A stretch of 64,000 bases of DNA from a virus: IMG/VR virus record IMGVR_UViG_3300002835_000013; one strand, given 5' to 3'. This document shows positions 8,241 to 17,970 of the stretch, piece after piece. A program made the translations under genes and the position numbers. Within the stretch, counting starts at the first letter, position 1; the number at the start of each line of letters is the position of its first letter. The notes under the pieces are model-generated. The model was not told the origin of the DNA. It was given only the letters and a program-made list of their open reading frames with translations, and made no database searches.

Positions 8241-8269
8241 AGTATAGCAAAACCGGTCGCATTTGTCAA
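8241..8269 (-). promoter_or_regulatory. Sigma70-type early promoter for the cobT-like gene
   Basis: TTGACA-N17-TATACT. Confidence 0.8.
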
Positions 8270-8428
8270 GTCATAACAAAAACAACGACTTATGAGGTCA
8301 TTGTCTTGATGAGTTTGTAAACAACGTATGCCAGAAATGGAAATAATGCCAAGTGGATGATATGTTCCCATTGTGATTGTAAACTGTAGAAATCAAAATA
8401 ATGTGCGGTAGGCGTAAATGTCACGATG

Positions 8429-9331
8429 TTATCCTCTAAAGTTAGTTTCCAGTCTCATACCGTAGTTATTGATTCCTTTCGGTATCACAACATCTTTCTT
8501 GTAAATGAGTTGGTTCTTTTTGAACGGTGAATAATCCACATAATGATGCCAGCGTCCATACTTGAACACCATTCTAGCAACATCTGGGTGTAAGTCAACC
8601 AACATTTTTGATTTGTTCCAAGTGCCTTCTGGATTCAGTTGTCCGTCACGCCACTTTTCCTTATCAAGATCGCCTTCGACATGATAAAACTCTTGTGTAT
8701 TACCACCTTTGACAGTTTGTGTGGCACATTTACCTTGCATGAAGGCATTGAACTGAATGGTGCAATCACCATCTTTCAATACACGAAGGCAAATATCTGT
8801 ATCTTCGTTATAACGACCACGCCAACGATGCTCACAATCGTTGCGGATCAATAGAGTTGAATAGATACGGGTGTTAGCAACGAAAGGAGGATACTTGCTA
8901 TTAGGCGCAATAAAGAACCGATATTGAAAGCCAGAGATAGGAACATTCTCATAACGATCAACAAACTCTTCCGCAGCACGAAAGATGGCACCAGACTCCA
9001 CACGAATACGCTTGTTTCTATGAAGACGATAAAAGTCTGAAATGTTATCGTCTAGAACCCAATGTGCCTTGGCACCAATAGAGATAGAATGATCCCATGC
9101 CCAGTTTCTGGCACGACCAGGACCATCACCATGATTAGAGAAAGGAGCCACAAGGAGAGTAACGTAAGGACGAATGCCAAAATGATCTAAGGCATATTCG
9201 TAGTTTTCTTCGTCTTGTGGCTCAATCACAATAGAATGTGGCACCTTCATTCTCGCCAGAGACTTGGAGGTGATCATACTTTCATGTCTGCCTTTAGAAA
9301 CAATATAAACAGGATAAATTGGATTAGTCAT
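8429..9331 (-). CDS. TAGT-family (TET/JBP-associated) glycosyltransferase
   Basis: YIVSKGR, VIEPQD...Y, ARNWAWDHS, WVLDDNI, RYNEDTD, KGGNT motifs recognised as this family. Confidence 0.7.
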   Translation of the reverse strand: MTNPIYPVYIVSKGRHESMITSKSLARMKVPHSIVIEPQDEENYEYALDHFGIRPYVTLLVAPFSNHGDGPGRARNWAWDHSISIGAKAHWVLDDNISDFYRLHRNKRIRVESGAIFRAAEEFVDRYENVPISGFQYRFFIAPNSKYPPFVANTRIYSTLLIRNDCEHRWRGRYNEDTDICLRVLKDGDCTIQFNAFMQGKCATQTVKGGNTQEFYHVEGDLDKEKWRDGQLNPEGTWNKSKMLVDLHPDVARMVFKYGRWHHYVDYSPFKKNQLIYKKDVVIPKGINNYGMRLETNFRG

Positions 9332-9332
9332 T

Positions 9333-10022
9333 TTACTTCACACAATAAACAATGTTCACCCAGGCAGCCTTAGTGTCGGCTCTAGCAGTCACAGAACTAA
9401 AGTGTCCTCGGAGCAAATCTAAAATCTCATTATACTTTTCATGTGTATCAATATCATTCAAATGAGCATGATGAAATTCCATAATGAACTCTCTTACACC
9501 ATCAAAGGTCTTTAGTGCCTTCAAGCATTCATACTCACCACCTTCAATATCCATCTTGATAATGGTTGGACGGTAATCTTCTATCACTTTGTTGATGTTG
9601 ATACAAGGTACCTGTGTCACATCTCTACCTCGCTTATGAATTAGAGAATGAGCGCCCTTGTTCTTTTTGACATTGATAGAAAACTCTCTTGTAGGATCAT
9701 CATTACCAATAACAGCTAGATTATACAACTCATAACGAGATTTGTCAAATTCATTCAGTTCCATGTTGCGACAAGCTAGTTCATAGTTCTCCGCATCGGC
9801 TTCATATGAATAAACTTTCTTAGCACCTTTCTTGAGAGCAAAGGCAGTGAACATACCAATATTCAAACCAAAATCTAGAATAACATCGTCACTGGTAATC
9901 TTCAATTTGTTGTATTCGCCAGAGAAAACTTCCTTGACAACAAAAGCATCGGACGTGCCTTTTCTAACAAATGCTTTTACATCTTTAAAGGTAACTTCTT
10001 CAATAATATCTTCACTACTCAT
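9333..10022 (-). CDS. FkbM-family SAM methyltransferase
   Basis: ILDFGLNIGMF, YSYEAD..NY, IKMDIEGGE, MEFH. Confidence 0.85.
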   Translation of the reverse strand: MSSEDIIEEVTFKDVKAFVRKGTSDAFVVKEVFSGEYNKLKITSDDVILDFGLNIGMFTAFALKKGAKKVYSYEADAENYELACRNMELNEFDKSRYELYNLAVIGNDDPTREFSINVKKNKGAHSLIHKRGRDVTQVPCININKVIEDYRPTIIKMDIEGGEYECLKALKTFDGVREFIMEFHHAHLNDIDTHEKYNEILDLLRGHFSSVTARADTKAAWVNIVYCVK

Positions 10023-10360
10023 TACTCGTCCTCCACCCATCTCAATAGACTGTTAGCTTCTCTATCTAGCTTAGGATGCCAAATGCTCTTTGTCTTCTCA
10101 GATAGGTTCTGACCGATTAGAGTGGCAAACTCCTCATAATCTTCTTTGGTGCGAAAAGATACAATAATTCTTTTGTATGGAGGATTATCTTCCTGAACAA
10201 ACTCAGGCATGCCTACCCAATGTTTCTTCCATAACTTTTCTTCAATATCTCTAACAGCTTCTTCACCAAGAAAGGCGCTTAGAGTGCCGTCTTCAAACTC
10301 TTTTACATCCAAACAGTTTTCATATTGTGTAGTTTCATCAATCTTTGGTTTCTTCGCCAT
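10022..10360 (-). CDS. Hypothetical protein, probably a partner of the TAGT gene
   Basis: W.GMPEF.QED...IVSF...EDY..F..LIGQ...KTKSIW.P; translationally coupled to the FkbM gene. Confidence 0.6.
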   Translation of the reverse strand: MAKKPKIDETTQYENCLDVKEFEDGTLSAFLGEEAVRDIEEKLWKKHWVGMPEFVQEDNPPYKRIIVSFRTKEDYEEFATLIGQNLSEKTKSIWHPKLDREANSLLRWVEDE

Positions 10361-10571
10361 TCTCTACTCCATAAAGCAATTCAAATGCTCCTTCCGGAAA
10401 TGTCTTACCAGGTTCCTGACCAACCAATGTTACAACTCCTGCCACACTTAGCATCTTATCTATAACATATGTCTCACCAAAAAGCAAGTCACGATTTACA
10501 TATAGAAAATCCTTTTTCACTCTTACAACATCGCCAGACTTGAACGGCGAAAAGTTCTCTCTCACTTCCAT
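10338..10571 (-). CDS. Hypothetical protein (SH3/KOW-like FKSGDVVRV)
   Basis: ORF in operon, overlaps its neighbours. Confidence 0.55.
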   Translation of the reverse strand: MEVRENFSPFKSGDVVRVKKDFLYVNRDLLFGETYVIDKMLSVAGVVTLVGQEPGKTFPEGAFELLYGVENGEETKD

Positions 10572-10741
10572 CTTTCCTTAATCTCTTTTACTCTTTCTTC
10601 CAGATATCCACGGATGATCGTCATTTCATTTGTTTGTTCGCAATTCACTTTAATGTGATTGCGTAATTCAAAATCAAAGGCAGTCATCAACATCCAATCG
10701 TGTGAATATGAATGTGTTTTGTGTGGATCAGTTTTTTCCAT
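10562..10741 (-). CDS. Hypothetical protein, 59 aa (not in ORF track)
   Basis: MEKTDPHKTHSYSHDWMLM...KERWK; GGAG SD; fills the gap between genes. Confidence 0.5.
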   Translation of the reverse strand: MEKTDPHKTHSYSHDWMLMTAFDFELRNHIKVNCEQTNEMTIIRGYLEERVKEIKERWK

Positions 10742-10831
10742 ACTGTTTACTCCAGAGATAGTTGTTTAGATATACAACGAATGTTGCCACTCGATCCATA
10801 AACCAACTATTCCAGAACCAATGATTGTATC

Positions 10832-11065
10832 TCATAGAATGATTCCTTTTGATACCAGGCCAGTAACATAAATGACACTAATGACTGCCTGAATAACCAT
10901 TAGTGACTTTTTCTTCCACATATATCCTACAGCAAACCATCCGATGTTACCTACAAACTGAACAGCAAGGTTTAGAGGATACACATTCCAAGCAGTTAAA
11001 ACGGCGCCAATGATAACCAGTGCCGTTGAAGTCCATTCTAGAAAGAACTCATAGTCAAATTTCAT
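10832..11065 (-). CDS. Small three-TM membrane protein
   Basis: EW..T...IIGA.LTA.NVYPLN; hydrophobic segments. Confidence 0.6.
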   Translation of the reverse strand: MKFDYEFFLEWTSTALVIIGAVLTAWNVYPLNLAVQFVGNIGWFAVGYMWKKKSLMVIQAVISVIYVTGLVSKGIIL

Positions 11066-11645
11066 CTAATCTTTTTCCTTCCACAGCGTCAACAAGTTCC
11101 AATCCAATAACATACTTATCACTAGCACTCTTGTTTGATGTGGTCCAATGATCTAAAGTTGATTGGAAAATAATAACGTCGCCTTGCTGCATGAATACAT
11201 TATACTCACCATATTCAGGAATGTCAATGACTAGATCACCTGCGTTGTCTTCCCTCTTGATATAGTAAAGCATATCGATTATTATCTTTTTATCATCATT
11301 TAGATATCTGTGATTATGTATGCCAACAAACGTATCAGGAGGATATCTATTAGCCCACATTCCAGCAATACGAACATCCGATTCCATCACAGACACGCTT
11401 GTAAGATACTCTCTCATATTTTGTTTGATGAATGAAAGGAAATCTATAAACTCTGTCCATTCATACAATCTTTTACCACTATCATCTTTGTTATGGAACG
11501 AACAGCAACCATTCTCGATGAACTGTGGAAGATTGTTAGGTTGTCTTGTTATATATTCAAGTCTATTAGAAACATCTGCAAAGAGTTTATCTGTATTCGG
11601 ATAAACAGTTCTCAATATTTTTGTTGTTCCTATTTCATGTATCAT
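11055..11645 (-). CDS. 2OG-Fe(II) oxygenase-like (cupin) protein
   Basis: MWAN.Y...F...HNH, YYIK, GD..IF.S.L.H; start at 11645 (ATGA overlap). Confidence 0.7.
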   Translation of the reverse strand: MIHEIGTTKILRTVYPNTDKLFADVSNRLEYITRQPNNLPQFIENGCCSFHNKDDSGKRLYEWTEFIDFLSFIKQNMREYLTSVSVMESDVRIAGMWANRYPPDTFVGIHNHRYLNDDKKIIIDMLYYIKREDNAGDLVIDIPEYGEYNVFMQQGDVIIFQSTLDHWTTSNKSASDKYVIGLELVDAVEGKRLDEI

Positions 11646-12295
11646 CGTAAAACTAGCCAATATCGTCTATAATGATTGACTTCACCATAATGCTGTGAGT
11701 TGTTCACGTTGTTTTGATTCCAACTGTAATGATGATTATCTCTAACATCGGTTGTTAGCCAATGTCCTATAGAATCTAACTCAAGAATATCAAAACGAAG
11801 AAACTTGCATCCTAGATTAGTTAAATGTTCTTCTATACCTTCTTCCGTCAGTGAAGGATTATCACATTCATAAGGTCCATATATCGGATGTTTCAAACTA
11901 GGCGAAGGATGAACAGCGGATTCTAATATCATTGTATTAGAATGTTTTAAAGCGCATTCTAAGTCTTGCTGCCAATTTTCTACATGATACAGAACACCGA
12001 TATGTAGAATCAAATCAAATGTTGCTAGTAAATCATAAGATTCATTTTGATTGATTCTACAAACTTTGGGAGAAAAGTTCATATCTCTTAATCTATTAAC
12101 TATGCTTTCGAGGTGTTCGTTTCTAACATCTGTGAACGTAACATCAGCACCAAGTTTCAATAGCTCAATACCGATGTCACCGTGTGCTGAACCAAGTTCT
12201 AATACTGTCTTGCCTTTGAACCAACTTTTACCAAAAATGTCAATGAGTCTTTTGACTCTCTTGTTAGTCCAATCTTCATAGAACAGATGTTTCAT
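11642..12295 (-). CDS. Class I SAM-dependent methyltransferase
   Basis: VLELGSAHG motif I, FDLILHIGVLYH. Confidence 0.8.
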   Translation of the reverse strand: MKHLFYEDWTNKRVKRLIDIFGKSWFKGKTVLELGSAHGDIGIELLKLGADVTFTDVRNEHLESIVNRLRDMNFSPKVCRINQNESYDLLATFDLILHIGVLYHVENWQQDLECALKHSNTMILESAVHPSPSLKHPIYGPYECDNPSLTEEGIEEHLTNLGCKFLRFDILELDSIGHWLTTDVRDNHHYSWNQNNVNNSQHYGEVNHYRRYWLVLR

Positions 12296-12366
12296 CAACC
12301 CATCCCATTTGAGAGAGACCTGTCCATAGGTTATCTAGATTGTAAGTCTGATAACCGTATTTGATA

Positions 12367-12687
12367 TCATTCAGGATCATTAGCATTGTCGTCTCCCATC
12401 ATGCCACGGAAATCAAAGTTTTCGTTCAACTGTGAGTCTTCCATCTTTTGTGCTAACTTTTGTAATCTTTCACCTAGCTTTTCTAGATTGATAATCATAA
12501 TAGCATCACGGATCATGCTATTCACATTCTGTCCTGTCTCAAGATCAAGGTCTTTCATAACTTCTTCCGAAACAGCAAGGCGCTCAGGTGTACCTTCAGG
12601 ACCTGGAGCCCACACCCATGGAATTTCTCCGCTATCCATCATTCGTTCGGCTTTCGCCATGGCACGGAGGATTTCTTTGTCTAACAT
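12367..12687 (-). CDS. Hypothetical protein
   Basis: ORF with GAAAGGA SD and its own promoter. Confidence 0.65.
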   Translation of the reverse strand: MLDKEILRAMAKAERMMDSGEIPWVWAPGPEGTPERLAVSEEVMKDLDLETGQNVNSMIRDAIMIINLEKLGERLQKLAQKMEDSQLNENFDFRGMMGDDNANDPE

Positions 12688-12712
12688 ATCTATTCCTTTC
12701 AGCTAGACATAC

Positions 12713-12741
12713 ATCATATAACATTATGGTTCTTTTGTCAA
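12713..12741 (-). promoter_or_regulatory. Sigma70-type early promoter
   Basis: TTGACA-N17-TATGAT overlapping the end of gene 46. Confidence 0.7.
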
Positions 12742-14445
12742 GACCGAAAAATTCTTTATCTTTTCAAACCTGATAGTTCTCTGGAATCTATCGGTCATTG
12801 TATCCTTATGTGAGATAACAAAGATGTTGGTACCTTTGTCACCCATCTCCCACATGATTTTGATAAACTCGTCAATGCCTGTGGCGTCCATAGCACGATC
12901 AAGGATTTCATCAAACACCAGAATGTTCACGTTCACAGAGTTTTTGAGTTTTGCTATTTGACGCCATGTTAGCAGAATAGCAAGATCGATTCTTAGTTTC
13001 TCTCCTTCGGAGAAGTTTTGATAGGAGAACTCGTCTCGGTATCTTGACTTGATAGACTCCTCAAAAGATTCGTTGATGTGAAAGTTGACAAAGAAACCCA
13101 GTTTTGCCAAGTATTTGTTGATATGCTTATTGATGATTGGTAGATACTGTTTAATGATCTTAGTCTTGATTCCACCATCCTTAAGTAGAGTTGTTGCCAA
13201 GTCAATATATTGTCTATCATCTAAAAGGGCCTTCTTTTCTTCTTCGAGGGTGGAAATATCATGTTGGACTGCGGTGAGTTGTCGTTCCGACTCTTGGGTA
13301 GTCTTGTCAGATATGGCAAACTCCTCAATCTGTTTAGTGACTTGACTAAGATTATTAGCCATATGGTTATAGGAAGTTTTAGCAGATGAAAGATCCATTT
13401 TAATCTGATTGATGTTACGGAGAACTTCATCTATCTTCTCGATTTCTGCCAATACGCCATCGATTTGGTCAGCAATCTTATTTAGTCCTCTTGATAGTTC
13501 ACTTGCTTTGGAATCCATCTCCTCAAGTCTATTTTCTTTGAATGAAGCATCAATGGATTGATGACAAGTCGGACAAGTATCATTCTCGTTTAGAAACTCT
13601 ACCTCCTTCGTCAGTCTCTCCATGTTACCTTCCATCTTGGCCTTGAGACCAATCATTTTAGAATGCTTAGACTTTAGTGGTGTTAGGTCTAGATCATTTT
13701 CGGTGGCCTTTTCATAATCGATTTTTAGATTTTCGACCACACATTCTTGCTTGATGTATTCTTGTTCAAGATCATTCTTCTTTGATTCTAGTTCTCTTAA
13801 CTTTTCTTCATTATTAGCCTTCAATGAAGCCAAAGTCTGTTCAATATAAGACTTGTTCTCTTCCTTGCTTGTTAGAAGCAAACGATTCTTCTCCAAGCCT
13901 TCTTTGTTCACCTGTAGTCTATTCTTGATGACAGTGGACATAGCAGAGAAGATTTGAATATCCAGTAGGTCCTCAATAACCGAGCGGCGATCATTGGCAG
14001 ACAACTGCATAAACGGAACGAACGATGCCGAGCCAAGAATAACAACCTGTGTAAAGGACTTATAGTTCATCCGTAGAATGTTCTTCTCAAGATGCTCCTG
14101 ATAATCTTTAGCAGCGGCATCTTGATTGACCATCTTATCTTCGCAATAAATCTGAAAGACATTCGGCTTGGCGCCACGAATGACCTTATAAAGTTTATTG
14201 TTGATGGTAAATTCAATTTCCACAACGCAGTTTTTGTTATTGATGGAGTTTACGACATTACCTTTGTTCACCTTACGGAATGGCTTACCGAAAAGAACAA
14301 AGCACAGGGCATCAAGCAATGTTGATTTCCCTGCGCCGTTGTGACCCATGATAAGGGTGTTCTTATGAGAGTCTAACTCAATCTCGGTAAACACATTTCC
14401 AGATGATAGAAAGTTCTTATATCTAATCACATGGAATGTTATCAT
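12724..14445 (-). CDS. 46: Recombination nuclease ATPase subunit gp46 (Rad50/SbcC-like)
   Basis: YKNFLSSGN, GHNGAGKST, CPTC zinc hook, FSEGEK, DEILD, ISH; start MITF at 14445. Confidence 0.96.
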   Translation of the reverse strand: MITFHVIRYKNFLSSGNVFTEIELDSHKNTLIMGHNGAGKSTLLDALCFVLFGKPFRKVNKGNVVNSINNKNCVVEIEFTINNKLYKVIRGAKPNVFQIYCEDKMVNQDAAAKDYQEHLEKNILRMNYKSFTQVVILGSASFVPFMQLSANDRRSVIEDLLDIQIFSAMSTVIKNRLQVNKEGLEKNRLLLTSKEENKSYIEQTLASLKANNEEKLRELESKKNDLEQEYIKQECVVENLKIDYEKATENDLDLTPLKSKHSKMIGLKAKMEGNMERLTKEVEFLNENDTCPTCHQSIDASFKENRLEEMDSKASELSRGLNKIADQIDGVLAEIEKIDEVLRNINQIKMDLSSAKTSYNHMANNLSQVTKQIEEFAISDKTTQESERQLTAVQHDISTLEEEKKALLDDRQYIDLATTLLKDGGIKTKIIKQYLPIINKHINKYLAKLGFFVNFHINESFEESIKSRYRDEFSYQNFSEGEKLRIDLAILLTWRQIAKLKNSVNVNILVFDEILDRAMDATGIDEFIKIMWEMGDKGTNIFVISHKDTMTDRFQRTIRFEKIKNFSVLTKEP

Positions 14446-14461
14446 ACTAAAATTCCTATTC

Positions 14462-14950
14462 TCAATACCACAAATATGTTTTTTCCGCAAACTTTCTTGC
14501 TTCTATAGCATCTTCAAGAAAGATAAACTTTCCTAAGTATATTCTTACACCATCAACACATATATCTGCTTTCCATCTATTAGATTGTGTATTGAAGGAA
14601 ACACCAGGATAACCTGAAGTATTATCGTTTCTTATACCTCTATTCTGGCAGTTTTTCGTATGGGTTGTTATGCGAAGATTAGACCATTTATCATTGCTTC
14701 TATTTCTGTCGATGTGATCTACTTCACCATTTGGAAACTCTCCTGTCATATATAAGAAAACCAAATGTGATGAATAGTAACTTTTACCATCTACACAGAT
14801 TCTACGATACCCTGCGGAACGACCTTGATTTGATATATTTCCTGCTTGCGGTCTTTTGGTTCCGTTTCTTCGTAACCAGGTCCATTCTCCAGTATCAGAG
14901 TCGTAATGAAGCAGTTTCTTGAGATGTTCTTGGGTTAGATAAATAGACAT
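14462..14950 (-). mobile_element. Free-standing HNH homing endonuclease with C-terminal AP2 domain
   Basis: VDHIDRNRSNDKWSNLR, NTSGYPGVS...W.A.I...YLG.F...A..AR. Confidence 0.85.
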
Positions 14951-15011
14951 AGGCTGGCGCTCCTGTTTAGCGTTAGAGTAGGCAGGTGCTGGTAACACCG
15001 TGGCCTACATC

Positions 15012-15018
15012 TATTTAG
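15012..15018 (-). promoter_or_regulatory. T4-type late promoter (CTAAATA) upstream of the HNH gene
   Basis: Same motif as found upstream of the structural genes. Confidence 0.55.
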
Positions 15019-15022
15019 CATT

Positions 15023-16813
15023 TTAGAACTCTCTAGTAGGTTGTTTTCCTTTTAGTAAGTCCTTGATTTCGTCTCCGGTCAATGTCTCGTATGTTAGCAG
15101 ACCCTGTGCTAATGTGTCAAGTTCTTTTTTCTTTTCTTCTAGAATACGGCGAGCAGTATGATATCCATCTTCAACAAAACGCTTGATTTCCTCATCGACC
15201 ACTCGCTGTGTTTTTTCAGCAATCTTAGGAGTATGGAACATATCCGCATTAGGTGTTGTGTATGCCATTCTACCTAATGACGGAGAAAAACCATACTCGG
15301 TAACCATAGCACGGGCGAGTTGCGTTGCTTGCTGAATATCACCAGAGGCTCCAGAAGAAACCCTATCCTGACCAAAGATCATTTCTTCTGCTACACGACC
15401 ACCCATTGCCATTGCTAGTTGGGCAATCATTTCATCATAGTGTAGTGAGATGCGGTCACGATCTGGAAGAGACTGAACCATGCCTAGCGCACGACCACGT
15501 GGAATGATTGTTGCCTTGTGAATAGGAGTTGAACCTGGCATATTGAGAGAAACAAGAGCATGACCAGCCTCATGATAGGCAGTCATCTTCTTTTCTTCGT
15601 CAGATAGCAATAGCGTTCTATGCTCGGCGCCCATTAAAATCTTATCACGGGCATCCTCGAACTCTTGTCCAGTAACAATACGCTTTGACCGACGAGCAGC
15701 CAGAAGTGCCGCTTCATTGACAAGATTAGCTAGGTCAGCACCAGAGAAACCTGGTGTTCCCTTGGCAACTGTCTTTAGATCAACGTCAGGACCGATTGGA
15801 ACTTTGCGAGTGTGAACTTTCAAAATCTTTTCACGACCAACAAAGTCTGGATTAGGTACCTGAACCTGTCTATCAAAACGACCAGGACGAGTTAGTGCCT
15901 TGTCTAGAACGTCTACACGATTGGTAGCAGCAATGACGATAACACCAGCATTATCATTGAAGCCATCCATCTCAACTAACATGGCGTTTAGTGTCTGGTC
16001 TCTTTCATCGTTACCAGAGATGCCGTTTGCTCTTGAACGACCGACGGCATCGATTTCGTCAATGAAGATAATACAAGGAGCATTCTTCTTGGCTTGCTCA
16101 AACATGTCTCGGACACGACTAGCACCAACACCAACGAACATTTCAACGAAGTCAGAACCAGAAATGCTAAAGAAAGGCACGCCTGCCTCACCAGCGACCG
16201 CTCTTGCTAGTAGAGTTTTACCAGTGCCTGGAGGACCAACAAGCAAAACGCCTCTTGGAATCTTACCACCAAGACGCTCGAACTTTTGCGGATCCTGTAG
16301 AAACTCTACAACTTCCTGTAAGTCTTCTTTTGCCTGATCAACACCAGCAACATCTTCGAAGGTCTTGGTACCTGATGTTTCTGTTAGCAACTTGGCCTTA
16401 GACTTACCAAAACTCATAGGACCACCCATACCACCACCTTGACGGCGTGATAGGAAAATCCATAGACCGAAGAAGAATACAACAGGCAATAGATTTAGAA
16501 ATAGCGTGGTCCAGAAAGAAGCCTCAGGGCTATCCGACTTGACCGTAATGACTACGTTATGTTCTTCTAACTTAGGCATTAGATTAGATAGAGAGGCGAC
16601 ATAGGTAGTAAATGCTCTATTGTCAATCTTGTAATGTCCTGTGATTTCATTACTATTGATCGTAACGTCATGGACATTGTTGCGAGTAACTTGACTCATA
16701 AAATCTGAATATGTGATTTCGTTCGCAGCGTTGCGGCCTCTTGATTCCATAGAGAAAGCAAAAAGCACCAGACCAACGATTATGAACGCAATCCATGGAA
16801 TGTGTTTCTTCAT
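15023..16813 (-). CDS. ftsH: ATP-dependent zinc metalloprotease FtsH
   Basis: Two N-terminal TM helices, [50 protein letters not shown]. Confidence 0.97.
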   Translation of the reverse strand: MKKHIPWIAFIIVGLVLFAFSMESRGRNAANEITYSDFMSQVTRNNVHDVTINSNEITGHYKIDNRAFTTYVASLSNLMPKLEEHNVVITVKSDSPEASFWTTLFLNLLPVVFFFGLWIFLSRRQGGGMGGPMSFGKSKAKLLTETSGTKTFEDVAGVDQAKEDLQEVVEFLQDPQKFERLGGKIPRGVLLVGPPGTGKTLLARAVAGEAGVPFFSISGSDFVEMFVGVGASRVRDMFEQAKKNAPCIIFIDEIDAVGRSRANGISGNDERDQTLNAMLVEMDGFNDNAGVIVIAATNRVDVLDKALTRPGRFDRQVQVPNPDFVGREKILKVHTRKVPIGPDVDLKTVAKGTPGFSGADLANLVNEAALLAARRSKRIVTGQEFEDARDKILMGAEHRTLLLSDEEKKMTAYHEAGHALVSLNMPGSTPIHKATIIPRGRALGMVQSLPDRDRISLHYDEMIAQLAMAMGGRVAEEMIFGQDRVSSGASGDIQQATQLARAMVTEYGFSPSLGRMAYTTPNADMFHTPKIAEKTQRVVDEEIKRFVEDGYHTARRILEEKKKELDTLAQGLLTYETLTGDEIKDLLKGKQPTREF

Positions 16814-16824
16814 ATCATAGTTTC

Positions 16825-17901
16825 CTATACTGTTTCAACCTGTAAGGCTTCGTTATATACATCAATCATAAAGTTTTTCATCTTACCACTATCCAGAGGC
16901 AATGTCAACCCATCAATATATTTTCTGAGGATCGTTACTGTATCTTCTGCCTCATCGATTTCTTCCGCATCTTCACTATCTAGTAAAACGCTAGGATCTT
17001 CCACAATCTGAATATCCAGCGGGCCTGCTTTATAGATAGAATCAAAAAGCAAGTCAAAAGCATATGGATTGCTTTTGTTTACGACAACCAACTTTACATA
17101 GGTGTCTTTATACTTGCTAAAGTCTGTGTTCTGAATCTTCTCAATGATTTCGGGATTAGCCACATCATCATATTTGGCAATGCGGAACATCTTATGTGGA
17201 TTCTGAATGAACTCTAGTTTCTTGTTCCTACTATCCAGCGTAGAAAATCCTCTAGGGTCTCCGTAATCGTGCCAAGTATACTCACCAAAGGCCCCAATAT
17301 AAGTAATATTACCAACAGTGCTACGGTGGTGATAGTGACCTGAGTATACAGCGTCAAAGTTCTCAAATAGTTTGCGATCCAGTCCATGGTCCGATATAAG
17401 TCCTCTATGCATAGTAAAGCCGTTCAACTCAAGGTGACCCATGAGAATAGATGCTTTGGGATGTTTGATTGCTTCTAATGCTTCCTCACGGTTAGAGTCC
17501 GTGATCCATGGCATTATTTGAATATCAAGGCCGTCAATGTTAATAACCCGAGGTACAGAATGAGTATGAATATACCTATACTTTCCTGCGACCAGTTCAT
17601 CTAACGCATTAACCTCGTGCGTATCCTTGTAATAAGAGTCATGATTGCCTTGTATAATGTGAGTTTCAATTCCTCTCTCCTCTAGTGGCTCAAAGAAATC
17701 TTCCCGCAATCTCTTGGCGGACATAAAGTTCACATACTTGCGACGATCATAGATATCACCAAGATGGATGACATGCTTGATGTTATTAGCATCGATGTAA
17801 TCAAAGAACCACTTCCAACACTTCTTTTGATAAGCCTGAAAGGCAGGATTATCGTTTCTGATACCAGCGTGAGTATCAGTAGGCATCGCAATCTTTACCA
17901 T
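16825..17901 (-). CDS. 47: Recombination nuclease gp47 (Mre11/SbcD-like)
   Basis: DTH, HLGD..D, GNHD, GHLE, SGHYH phosphoesterase motifs. Confidence 0.96.
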   Translation of the reverse strand: MVKIAMPTDTHAGIRNDNPAFQAYQKKCWKWFFDYIDANNIKHVIHLGDIYDRRKYVNFMSAKRLREDFFEPLEERGIETHIIQGNHDSYYKDTHEVNALDELVAGKYRYIHTHSVPRVINIDGLDIQIMPWITDSNREEALEAIKHPKASILMGHLELNGFTMHRGLISDHGLDRKLFENFDAVYSGHYHHRSTVGNITYIGAFGEYTWHDYGDPRGFSTLDSRNKKLEFIQNPHKMFRIAKYDDVANPEIIEKIQNTDFSKYKDTYVKLVVVNKSNPYAFDLLFDSIYKAGPLDIQIVEDPSVLLDSEDAEEIDEAEDTVTILRKYIDGLTLPLDSGKMKNFMIDVYNEALQVETV

Positions 17902-17970
17902 CGTCTAAACCATTCCCAAAAGTCTAAAAGTATATTCTTGGATACAGTATACACCAGAAAAATGATTTCG

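Noticed and set aside
8293-8428. Non-coding gap with short repeats (TTGTAAAC twice, ATGCCA twice)
   Set aside because: The repeats are too short and irregular to support a call; no convincing ORF or stem
10728-10835. 35-codon Trp-rich ORF (MRYNHWFWNSWF...) on the minus strand
   Set aside because: Plausible coupled microgene, but too short to support without homology or expression data
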